This document shows, in pieces, positions 53,801 through 64,000 of a DNA stretch of 64,000 bases. The position numbers were made by a program, and so were the translations under genes. This DNA is from Piromyces finnis finn (taxonomy: Eukaryota; Fungi; Neocallimastigomycota), in NCBI GenBank assembly GCA_002104945.1, contig MCFH01000060.1, forward strand, positions 259,602-323,601, in the 5' to 3' direction. The notes beneath the pieces were generated by a model, which saw only the letters and a program-made list of their open reading frames with translations, ran no database searches and was not told where the DNA came from. Each line of letters starts with the position of its first letter. Positions within the stretch are counted from its first letter, which is position 1.

Positions 53801-55196
53801 CAGTACAAGTCTCTTGTGATAAAGGATCGTTAACAGATTCATTGTTAATTAAGACAGATTTAGAACGATTTTCTTTGGGATTACGAGAATGAGATAACTT
53901 AGAATTTGAAAAAGAAGATTTAGGTTTGTCAATAAAAATAGGCAAAGAAACGGAAGAAGAGTTATTGCAATCAGTAGAAAAAACAGAAGTTTCCTGATGG
54001 AATTCGGGAACATTCGAAGGGAGAGTCATACAATGATCCAAGCAATATGAAGAACCAAAGGATAATTTATTATTTTCAAAGTCAATACTTGGATTATGTT
54101 CCTTAAGCCAACGTAGACCTAGAATACAAGGATATACAGGTAGATCAGTAACGTAAAAGACAGTACGGCATAGGTGATCCATGTAGCGAAGATTAAGAAG
54201 TGGAGTAACTCCGAACAGTTTTTGGCTACCACCAATACCGAATACGTTGGGTAAATCTTCTTCATAGTGGTAGGGAATATTGTGATCGTTGCAATAGTCG
54301 ACATCTATTAGATTAAGTGTAGAACCGGAGTCTATAAGAATTTTTGTGTCTAGTTCAAACGATAATTTAAAATTTGAGGTTACCCTATCTTGTTGATTTT
54401 TCTTGGAATTGGTAGAATTATTTTGTAGAGAAACTAAAGATTCGAATGCTGAGTTTTTATTTCTTCTCTTATGACAATCTTTCAGTTGGTGTCCTGGAGA
54501 TCCACAATAGACACATAAGTTTTCCTTACTTCTTCTTTCTTTTTCTTCCTTGGATAACGGACCAAAGTATCTTTTCTTCTTGGGATGTTCTTTTAGATTT
54601 GTGGAAGCCTTTCTGGAGCCATTGCTGGAATTAGAACTTGGTCCCTTAGTATTTTTGTCAAAAAATAATCCCCTGGTAGCAAGTCTGGAGTCTATTCTAG
54701 CTGCAATAGTTTGGAGGGAAAACAAATCTCTTGGTCCTGGGAACATCTCTAATATCTTCATTGCAACTTCTTGGTTGAGCCCAGCGATAAAAGCATCCAT
54801 CTTAGCCTCTTCATTCCAGTTAGATTCATCAGAGTATTTGTTAAATTCAAGGATGTATCCTCTGATGCCGCCCAAACGATGTTGCTTGAGAGTACGTAGC
54901 ATTTGATTGGCTACGTAGACTGCATCATTGTTCCCGTAGAATGCCTTTAGTCTTTCCTTGAATGCTTGGTAGTTGGTCAGACATGGATCATGGTTGTCAA
55001 TAAGCGTAGCGGCCCAATTTAATGCATTTCCATAAAGGCGAGAAATCAGGTAGATAACCTTGCTCTCTTCATCTTGATATCTTTCGGGATAAAGGAGAAA
55101 AACAAGTTCTATTTTAGCTAAGAAACCTTTGAGATATTTTCTGTCTCCTGCGAAACCGTCTTTTAGTGAGGCGTTATCAAATATTTGTCCTTCCAT
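50832..55196 (-). CDS. Gag-Pol polyprotein of inner element (gag, CCHC knuckle, PR, RT, RNaseH, IN, chromodomain), 1454 aa
   Basis: CVYCGSPGHQLKDC; LIDSGST; YIDDLIIF; TDSSNFAIGAVL; GHFG..C..C; DFITDLP; SDRGAQF; GQTERVN; terminal EYEVEEILDKR..QYLIKWKGYP..SWEP chromodomain. Confidence 0.97.
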   Translation of the reverse strand: MEGQIFDNASLKDGFAGDRKYLKGFLAKIELVFLLYPERYQDEESKVIYLISRLYGNALNWAATLIDNHDPCLTNYQAFKERLKAFYGNNDAVYVANQMLRTLKQHRLGGIRGYILEFNKYSDESNWNEEAKMDAFIAGLNQEVAMKILEMFPGPRDLFSLQTIAARIDSRLATRGLFFDKNTKGPSSNSSNGSRKASTNLKEHPKKKRYFGPLSKEEKERRSKENLCVYCGSPGHQLKDCHKRRNKNSAFESLVSLQNNSTNSKKNQQDRVTSNFKLSFELDTKILIDSGSTLNLIDVDYCNDHNIPYHYEEDLPNVFGIGGSQKLFGVTPLLNLRYMDHLCRTVFYVTDLPVYPCILGLRWLKEHNPSIDFENNKLSFGSSYCLDHCMTLPSNVPEFHQETSVFSTDCNNSSSVSLPIFIDKPKSSFSNSKLSHSRNPKENRSKSVLINNESVNDPLSQETCTVMASNISLSKVDSCSPKNSFKDSNPTTKLPKELESYMDVFSESSAAQLPPHRPYDCQINLIENAKLFYGPIYPLTDEETRVLKDYIDENLKKGFIRKSKSPAGAPVLFVPKKNGELRLCQDYRELNKITIRDSYPLPLIQDMLEHLGKAKIFSKLDLRSAYNLVRIKKGDEYKTAFTCKFGHFEYLVMPFGLKNAPAVFQHFINDVLENILGIFVYSYIDDLIIFSENHKSHIKHVIEVLDRLRNAGLYAKLEKCEFFVSSIDFLGHRISSEGIHMDPNKVSAIINWPVPSSVKEVQSFIGLANYYRRFIPNFAKVAQPLHRLLRKNVKFDFSSEALDAFNTIKSLISSAPILSHPNRDLPFIVETDSSNFAIGAVLSQKSPDDKMIHPVAFYSRSLTSAERNYPIYDKELLAIVNALETWRHFLKGALTPFTIYSDHRNLLYQKKPEKMSQRLVRWALFLSEFNFKILYRSGSSNGKPDALSRRPDYMDSSLPSDAPFSVLRPENFCALICSISSLNDEILSEYVNDSFYIDICNFLENKNLPAPHPQSNKFSLSNSFLLFDSRIYVPLKCRPSVLKLCHDSPSAGHFGIRKTISLISRDFWWPSISIDVKNYIRSCEICCRSKPSRHKPYGLLQPLEISDHPWASISMDFITDLPPSDGFNTILVVVDRLTKMCHLIPFKGIPSASDTAFAFLNYIFKIHGLPSEIISDRGAQFTSKFWKSICQSLDVNVKYSSPYHHQSNGQTERVNSVVEQYLRCFSNYKGTNWINFLPLAEFSYNNAVQDSTKFSPFFLNYGYHPKYSPVIPDQTNVPRAEEFTRDFEDLMEKLKENLKKAIQVQKKYADKYRQEPPTFKTGDKVWLDSSLIIHKGNKKFNPRKLGPFRIISKISNLTYKLELPKSLKIYPIVHVSNLEPYYEDSFGRIKDPPPPIIVNEEEEYEVEEILDKRKHYGKIQYLIKWKGYPLSEASWEPESNLNCDELIKNFNNSH

Positions 55197-55898
55197 TAAA
55201 ATTAAAAAAATATAATTGTTTGAAAATAAAAATTATGTAAATAAGATAAAGTTATGTTTGAAGAAATTAAGAAAGAAAAAAAAAATTAAATCTTTATTAT
55301 TATTTATTGATTAAAATATTTTAAATATAGACAAAGAGTCAAATTAAATAGTATTGGACCATCAAATATTTAATTTTATTAGTATTCAATACTAGGTCCC
55401 TTGTAGCTCTTTGTTGATAACGTAGATATTATCAATTGTTAATATTGGAAATGAAAATTTTCAATAAAAGGAATTAACGGTATTAGTTTCTTTATTGTCA
55501 CTTACTTAATTAAGCGGAAAGAAAAAAAATAGGTTTAATTCCCCGATTATTAATAATATCTAAACAACAAAGTATTACGTATAGGTGTCCAACTATCCAC
55601 GCTAAGGGAGGTATTGAATCCTAACTTCTTTGTTATTTTAATATTTTTTCAAAAATAATAAATAAAATTTAATTTTATTTATTAAAAGTAGAAAACGTTT
55701 TATTAGAAAATGAATTTTTTCTTTATTATTAAATTAAGCGTCCTGGCGCTCCCCTTATAATAACTGTGGGTTTTACTTTTGTTTTCAGTACCCTTATTGT
55801 TAAAATAAGCTTCACTGACTTACTTAATTTTTTAATAAATTAAAAATTCTTCCTTTTTTAAACACTAAGGTGTTATTATATATTTTAGGAGTTTTTAT

Positions 55899-56307
55899 TG
55901 TAAAGAACTAATGTTCAATAAATAAAAACACAAATATATAAAAAGGAAAATAATAAAAGCAAATAAAAATTTTATTATTGAACACTTAACAAAATTATAA
56001 CAGGTTAGTGTTTAATAATTTTATTTTTATTATAAAATTTCTTTGTTAATAAAAACTCGAATTCAAAATAATTTTTTGAGAAATTTCACTCGTATTTATA
56101 TAAATGTTTTTAAAAGTAAATTTATAAAAATTTTACAACTTAATTTTTTAAGCCAATCAGAAATTATCTTCTTTGGTAAAATTTCGTTATAAAATATTTT
56201 AATAATTAAAAAAAAGATATTAATGAGGTTTCGAACTCGAGTAGTTCAAACCAAGGTCTTAGTTACTAACCACTAAGACAGGTTACTAATTTCTATGATT
56301 CGTTACA
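55899..56307 (-). repeat. 5' LTR of inner element
   Basis: Direct repeat of 50177-50585; TATAAATA at 56093-56100 on the minus strand. Confidence 0.95.
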
Positions 56308-56775
56308 ATTAGGATAAGTGCTAAAAGTATCTTCACAAATTTGACAGAATAGTTCTGTTTCATGAGGATCACCAGAAAAAAGACCTGGGTCTGGAACTTG
56401 ATTTATTGGAGTGAAATATTTTGATCTCATTATTACATCAAAATCCAAATCATATTTTGTAGATGTAGAAGGGGCAACTGAAGGGGTTAGGTCTGGCTGA
56501 CCACCACTTGGTTTTCCATTCTTATTTAAATACTCTTGAATGGTGTTGATATTGTTAGAGACCGATTCCAAAACTTGTGCGAAATTAGCAGTATTTCTTT
56601 TAATTTCTTGGAACTGAGATTCAATATGTTTTTCAAAATCTTTAACTTGACTAATAGTAGCAAAGTTTTCTTGAACGCTGTTCATAATGTCTACAGCAGT
56701 AGTTTTAGCATCTTCGCGGAGTTGATTAACTTCATCCATAGTTTGCCAAGAGCTAGCAAAGTTTTGTTCTGCCAT
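56308..56775 (-). CDS. gag: Gag of outer element, N-terminal part (interrupted at codon 156)
   Basis: MAEQNFASSW...PDPGLFSGDPHETELFCQICEDTFSTYPN ends at the inner-element TSD. Confidence 0.85.
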
Positions 56776-56796
56776 CCTAAGGTAGGGTGAGATTAT

Positions 56797-57438
56797 TGTC
56801 AAGAGTTAGAGTGGATTTAGAACTATAATTAAGTCTACTAGGTTAGGATAGGCTTAATTATATAGTAAATAATAAATTTTTATAAATAAAAGAGTAATAA
56901 ATATAGTTTTTTTAAGAAATATTTTATTTAATTTTTATAATATAAGTAAATGATAATTATTAATTTTAAATATTGAATTTACTATATAAAAATGAGTATA
57001 ATAATCTCACAAAGAACTTCTTAAAGTTGTTCTTTGTTCAACTTATTTATACTTCATTTTTAATATAATGTTGATATTAATAAAGTATAATAATAATATA
57101 ATTTAAGTTATACATGTATAATAATATAAATATAAATATTAATAAAATATAATAATAATAATAATATAATTTTCTTTAAATATCGATATTAATAAGTTGT
57201 TAAAAATAATATTAATAATTATTTAAATGAATCTTATTTTACTAATTGGTTTGTTTAATATTAATTAATTGTTACACTATTTATCTCCGGATAATAAATA
57301 GCTTTCCAATTAATATTTATATTAAATAAACTATTATTAGTAAAATATTATTAAATTAATATTTTAATTAATTTAACTAATAATTCAAAATTATGAAATT
57401 TCATGAAATGTCAAATTTCATGAATTGTGATTTTGACA
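56797..57438 (-). repeat. 5' LTR of outer element
   Basis: Direct repeat of 44627-45268; TATAAATA at 57044-57051 on the minus strand. Confidence 0.95.
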
Positions 57439-59561
57439 ACACGACTTAACCCATAGTAACTTATAATAAAAATAAACAATAATAACCCTTAAAGATGAAT
57501 GAATAATAATTTTATGAAAATATAACCCTTTCTTTAAATAAATAATATTATCTTTATTATATAATAAATTCTGAGTAAAAACGACCTAATAGTGATAATA
57601 ATAAAATAAATTATTAAATAAAATAAATTATTAAATAAAATAAATTATTAAATAAAATAAATTATTAAATAAAATAAAACGACTTAATCCAATAATGTAC
57701 TAAAATAATAAAATAATAATAAATAAATAAAAATGAATAAATTAACTAAAAAATAAAATGGTATACATCAAATTATTAATTCTAGTGTTTATCCAAGTGT
57801 TCTTTAGAAATTCTCTTAAACTTATAAATTAATAAATAGCTAATTGAGCAATTATTACTAAAATGATAAACTTAAAACCTGGAAATAGAACAATAATAAC
57901 AATTCCAAAGATAAAATACAGAACTCTTTTATGTTTCTGTATAAAATGAGTGTTTATAATAATTGATACTTTTAATATTTTAATTTCATTTTAATTTTAT
58001 TTTAATATTATTTTAATTTTAAATTTTAATTTTATTTTAATTTTATTTTAATATTATTTAATTTTAAATTTTAATTATTTTATTCGAGGTATTATACATT
58101 TAATGATAGTCAATGATAATTTATAATAATTTTTCTAAATTTAAACATTTTGAAGTAATAAGAAAATCAAATAAATAATATTCTATAATATTTTATAATA
58201 CTAAGACATAATTTTAATTTATTCTTTTAATTTTAATAAATAATAACAATAACAATAGTAATAATAATATTTAATAGTAAATGAAAATGTATAAAAGGAA
58301 GATAAAATTCTTCTTTATAAAAAGGGGACAATAAATAGAGAATAAAAAGACAATAAATAAGAGAATAAAAAGACAATAAATAGATAATAAATAAATTATA
58401 AAATATAATAAAGATTTAATTTAAAACATAATAAGAGTTTATTTTCGAGTTTTGAGTGATTTATTTGTTAATTATAAAACATATTTTATTTTATTTTAAA
58501 TTTATTGTTTCATCATAATAATATAGAATTTATTATTTATTAAAAACATTATATTATTCACAAATATATCGGTCAACGCATCATAAATTTTGGTGAATTT
58601 TTATTAGAAAGTGATATAAACTAAAATATTGAATATAATCTAACCTATGTTATCATTATATTCATCAGCACTTTCAACTTAATTATCCTTTTTTATTTAC
58701 AAAAGTATATAAATTCATAAAATTATTAATATTAAATTTTTATATTTAATTATTTTTCTTGAAGATTATAAATTAGTTAGTTAATAAACTAATTAGTTAA
58801 TGATCAATAACATTGTACAAATTTTACATATCAATATATATTGTATGAATATTTTGATATAGAAATATAAGAATGAAATTGAAAAATCTTAAAAAATAAA
58901 ATATTTACAAAATATTTGCATATAAATAGTTATTTTATTTTTAATATTTGTTTGCAATCGGAGATTATTTCATATTAATGTTTTTTTATTTAATATATTT
59001 ATATTAAATTATATATTAATTTTATATTAAATTTTGTTATTAATTTTTTATTGACTGCTTTTTATTAAAAAATAATAAAAAATATCTTTTTTTTCTTCAA
59101 TAAAATAAAATATTAAATAATATAAAATAATATAAAATAAATGAAATGTTTTCTTTGATTTAATTTCAAATAGCCAATAGGTGAATTTAAATAAATTGAA
59201 ATGTTGTTTTAATTTATTCTTAAAACTTTGTTTTTATTTTTTTTATTTTATTATTAAACTCTTTTTTATAACGTTTTGATATATTAAATTTTTGATTTTT
59301 ATAATTCTTAAGGTTGCATAGGAGAGACTATAAATACAAAGCCATTGTTCTCTTTTTTTTCTCATTTTATTTTTAAAACAATAGCTTTAATTTATTTTTC
59401 AATTTCTTTAATTTTGTCCTACTAAATTTAAATTAAAAAAAAAAAGAAAGTAAACAATACAAAATACATTCATAACATTTTTAATTTTACATTGTCTTCA
59501 AAGAACAATACAATTCAATTTTAATAATATTTAAAATTCAAACATTTTATCTTTGACAAAA

Positions 59562-61310
59562 ATGAGTGATCTTTGCTCTTTAGAAAAGTAAGTATTATAA
59601 GTATTATCATCCATTATTCATTATCCATCACATTTCAATTATCAATTATCAATTATATTTAATACTTTAGTAGATTTATATTGTTTATTTTTTTAATTAC
59701 ATTATTTCTAACATAATTTTATTATTATTATTATTCTATCTATATATATCTATATATAATATAATTTTTATTATTTTTATTATTTTTATCATTATTATTT
59801 TTATTCTATCTATATATTCTTTATATTAATGAATAATAATCGAAATTCAAAATTTTTAGTCCACTTAATGCATATCTTTTAAAGCAAGAAGAATTTAAAA
59901 GATACATTAACGATATCCATCAATCTTTAAATTCAAAAGAATATCTTAATCAAGGTTACAATCTTGATGATTATGTAAAATCAAAATGGAATATTTCAAA
60001 GTAAGTAAAAATAAAAAATATAAAATATAAAATGGTATAAAGTATATATAAATTATTAAATATTTTAAATAATTAATAATATTATATTTTATTATATTTT
60101 ATTATATTTTATTTATTATATTATAATTTATAGAACTCAAGCCTATCGTTATTTACTTTGTGCAAAACTTATTGATCAACTTGAAGAATTTAAAATTCAA
60201 CCAAGTATGTATATTATATGTATATTAAATAAACATTATTTTATTATTAAATATATATATAAATATAAATATATATAAATATAAATATTTAAATAAAATG
60301 AATAAATACTAATATGAAATTTCAAAATAATTCAAGATTATGAACGTTTATGCAGATCTTTAAATAAATATGCTAAAACTACTCAACAAATAAAACTTTT
60401 ATGGGGAATGATTCTTAAGAGGGTGAATAACAATGTCGATTTGATTACAAGTACTTTGGTTTCTAGAATTTGGAATGAACTTTGTAAAGACAAGAAATAT
60501 TCTCATATATGTCATTATGAAGAATCAATCATGAATAAAATTGAAATGACCATTAAAGAACATTCAAAAAAGTCAAAACAAAGCCAATTAAAACCAATAA
60601 ATATTAAAAGAAAAAATTCAAATTCATATGATCATCATAATCAAAATGAAATTCAAAATGAAAACAATAATTGCAATAACTGCAATAACTACAATAACTG
60701 CAATAACTACAATAACTGCAATAAATACAATAATAATGAAACTAGAACTACTTATTTAACTAGAACTACTTATTTAACTAGAACTACTTATTTAATATCA
60801 CCAAAAGATTCATCTTATATTCCTGAAATTTCATCTCAATTAGTAATCATTCCATCGAATGATAATATTTGTAAAAATATTAATGAAAATATTAAAATTA
60901 ATCAATATAAAATTGATGATCAATATGAAAATAATGATCAATTTTTATTAATTAACAGTAGCAGCAACAATAATAACATTTTTTCTTTATCTCCAATAAT
61001 TTCCGAACCTTCACTTTCTCCATCATCTTCCTATTCATCTTTATCACCATTGACCCCAAATGATGAAATAATCATAACACCAACAATTCCAAGTAATGAA
61101 ACTATGTTCACTCCAATAGTTTCAAGTAATGATGATGTCTTTACTCCAACAATTCCAAGTAATGAAACTTCAATGAATACCTTTTCTTCCTATTCAAGTA
61201 ATGAAATTAATTTATTATCCATTGAATCTAACCAATATTACAATGAAAATCAAAACATTCCAATTTATTATACAACTCCAAACAACCAACAAACAATTTT
61301 GTATTATTAA
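59562..61310 (+). CDS. HTH-like repeat-family gene, copy D, intact, 403 aa (exons 59562-59587, 59860-60000, 60134-60204, 60337-61310)
   Basis: All GT-AG junctions are intact and in frame; starts MSDLCSLENPLNAY... Confidence 0.8.
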
Positions 61311-62359
61311 AATTTTATGTATTTAATTATTCTAATGTAATGGAAAACGACTAAAATATAGAGCTTTAATTCTTATCTAATTATAGAAAAATAAATAATG
61401 ATATTTCATTTTATTATTTTTTCTACTATTCAAATTTAATGTATATATAAAATTGTATATATTGTTTATAAATAATTTATAAATAGCACACTTTATATGT
61501 ATAATAAATATTAATAATAGATAAAAAGTATTTTCATAATACCTATATATAACAATTTTAATAATAAATATATTCATTTTTAAAAATAGTGATATAAAAT
61601 TAAATAAAAAATAATTATATAATAATATAACATAACAATAAAATAATATTTAAAAGATAACTTATAATTTCCATTTTGTTAATAGTTTTTTTATATATTA
61701 ATATCTTTAAATATTTTTCATATATTAGAACTTAATTTTACATTTGATAAATTGTACTTTCATAAAATTTTCTTATAGTATATTATTTAAATATAACAAA
61801 TAATTATTTACACATTAAATAATATATACAAACAAATTAAAATGAATATTAATTTTCGTTATTTATATATTTTTTTTATATATAATTTACGACATTTTTA
61901 TTTAATTTTATTTTATTACTTATTATTCAAATACATTGTATTATTTTTTTTAAACTAAATTATATATATTTTTATTAAACTATAATAAAAATACATATAG
62001 ACAAACATTTGAATTACGGAGTAAAAATATATTGGAACTGCATTGTAAATTTCTTTTTATTTTCATTAATATTTAGAAAATAATAAATAATTAAATAATA
62101 ATAAATAAAAATATGTATGCCTTTAAAGTTATTTAACTTTTTTTTTAGTATTATTATTGAAATTAATAAATATTTAATAATCTTCTTAGAAAGTTTTAAT
62201 CTTCATACTAAGTTTTCAATTTAATTGATTATTAATTATTACTTTTATTTTCCTCTTCTTTTCTTTATCTTTTATTTTTAAGATACTTTGAAACTATTTT
62301 GAATATTATTGAAAAATGTAGTAGATATTAAATAGATATTAAACCAATCTAGTTCAATA

Positions 62360-63954
62360 TTTTCTTCTTCAGCTAGGATAAAATTTTATGGAGCATATCA
62401 TAGTAGATTTATTGAATTGGATTAATTCAATAATTGAAATTGTTAAATATTTATTAATTAATATAATAATACTAGGAAATATTTATTATATTAATAATGT
62501 AGAAAAAAAAGGTTTATTTTAACTAGACAGATTGTATTATTAATTTTATATATAAAAGAAAAAAAAGTATAATAATTAAACAATTGCTGCATCTGTCTAA
62601 GTAAGTAGTTATAAAAATATTTTATTCATAAATCATCATAATAAGTTGCATGAAAGATTGCTGTACAAGTCTAATACCAGACATGTTTTTTTGCGTTTTT
62701 TTTAAATACTTTTGTATTTTTTTCTTTTCATCATAAAGATAAAGATGATGATACTTAAATAATGATTTTGGTTCTTTTTTTCTTCTTTTATATACTTTGT
62801 TTCGTTTTATTTTAGTCTTTGATTTATTAAAAGGAGAATATTTACTTATCCACACAATCGACATAAATTATTATAAATTACAAAATATTTAAAACTATCT
62901 TTATCATTTTTATATTAATTATTATTGTTGAATAAATAATATATCATTTATATTACAAGAAATAGATGAATTTTTTAACTTAACCATTAAAATTTTAATT
63001 TTAATTTCAAATTTAATAATACTAAATTTTATATTTTTTGTGATTAAAAATAATAATAAAAAACGTTCACAAGAACTAAACAAATAATGTATACGTAATG
63101 TAATAAAATTTTATATAATGTATTGAAAATGTAGGAAACTTTTAATATTTTTATAGTACATATAGAATTTTTTACCTAATATTATAATAGGAGAAATGTT
63201 ATTTTAAAATAGTAGAAATAGTAGAAAATAGCTCATTTAAACATGGAACTTAATAGTTCATAAAATAGTAAATAATTATAATAATAAAAGATCATTGGAA
63301 AGTAGATATAAAATCCTCTTAAAAACATTTATAAATATAATTTATAACTGAACCTATCAGTGGTATAAATAAAAAATTTAAAAATTTTCCCAAAGTCCAG
63401 ACATATTATTAATTAAGCTATTTAATGAATTTTTTTTATTATTCACCACTTCTTTTGATTCATATTGTTTTTATTCTTGTAAAAAAATTTTATACTATCA
63501 AACAATTTTTATTATTATTAAAAAAATATAAAAGAAGAAAAAAGAACCAAAATCATTATTTAGTATCATCATCTTCATCTTTATGATGAAAAGAAAAAAA
63601 TACAAAAGTATTTAAAAAAAACGCAAAAAAATGTCTGGTATTAGACTTGTACAGCAATCTTTCATGCAACTTATTATGATGATTTATGAATAAAATATTT
63701 TTATAACTACTTACTTAGACAGATGCAGCAATTGTTTAATTATTATACTTTTTTTTCTTTTATATAAAAATTAATAATACAATCTGTCTAGTTAAAATAA
63801 ACCTTTTTTTTCTACATTATTAATATAATAAATATTCCTAGTATTATTATATTAATTAATAAATATTTAACAATTTCAATTATTGATTAATCCAATTCAA
63901 TAAATCTACTATGATATGCTCCATAAAAATTTCTATCCTAGCTGAAGAAGAAAA
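62360..63954. repeat. Long inverted repeat: ~430-bp arms (about 62360-62794 and 63526-63954) around a ~730-bp spacer
   Basis: 63526-63954 is the near-exact reverse complement of 62360-62794 (e.g. TTCTTCAGCTAGGAT..GGAGCATATCATAGTAG; TGCTGCATCTGTCTAAG; GATTGCTGTACAAGTCTAATACCAGAC). Confidence 0.85.
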
Positions 63955-64000
63955 AAGCTCAGATTAAATATCTCTACAAATTCTAAAGAATTTTCAAAAG

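Larger units (their letters stand above)
50177..56307 (-). mobile_element. Inner, intact Ty3/Gypsy chromovirus (Tf1/Tf2/sushi-like), 6131 bp
   Basis: 409-bp LTRs (50177-50585 and 55899-56307, TGTAA...TTACA) that look identical. 5-bp TSD ATTAG (50172-50176 and 56308-56312). PPT GGAGGAGGA. Single uninterrupted gag-pol ORF. Confidence 0.97.
44627..57438 (-). mobile_element. Outer Ty3/Gypsy (Tf1/sushi-like) LTR retrotransposon, interrupted by a nested element
   Basis: 642-bp LTRs (44627-45268 and 56797-57438, TGTCA...TGACA) that look identical. 5-bp TSD ACACG (44622-44626 and 57439-57443). PPT AGTGGAAGGGCG precedes the 3' LTR. gag and pol are on the minus strand. Confidence 0.95.

Noticed and set aside
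55880-55899. tRNA primer-binding sites for the two nested elements
   Set aside because: No TGG-initiated PBS follows either 5' LTR; self-complementarity to the LTR explains the sites.

Overview
Extremely AT-rich, intron-containing eukaryotic DNA. The gene content and style (CBM18 repeats, Tf1/sushi-like chromoviruses, A/T-homopolymer introns) fit an anaerobic gut fungus (Neocallimastigomycota); this is inferred. The left half (1-28 kb) is ordinary gene space: a Ran1/Pat1-type kinase, a secreted Cys-rich protein, PDS5, RanBP1/YRB1 and a secreted 5xCBM18-metallophosphoesterase. It also holds a LINE relic and a spliced retro-fragment of RanBP1. The right half (28-64 kb) is a duplicated accessory block made of two head-to-head palindromic units. 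Each unit has two arms carrying a 4-exon gene with a putative phage/bacterial-like HTH domain, and a spacer containing tRNA-Ser(GCT). The arms of each palindrome appear homogenised with each other. The second spacer holds two nested, very young, self-priming Ty3/Gypsy elements, with both TSDs recoverable. The most striking unexplained feature lies between the two units at about 38.54-39.16 kb: an array of six hairpin modules with a conserved bulged core, compensatory base changes and G-U pairs. It is a candidate undescribed structured ncRNA family. All alignments and folds were done by eye.
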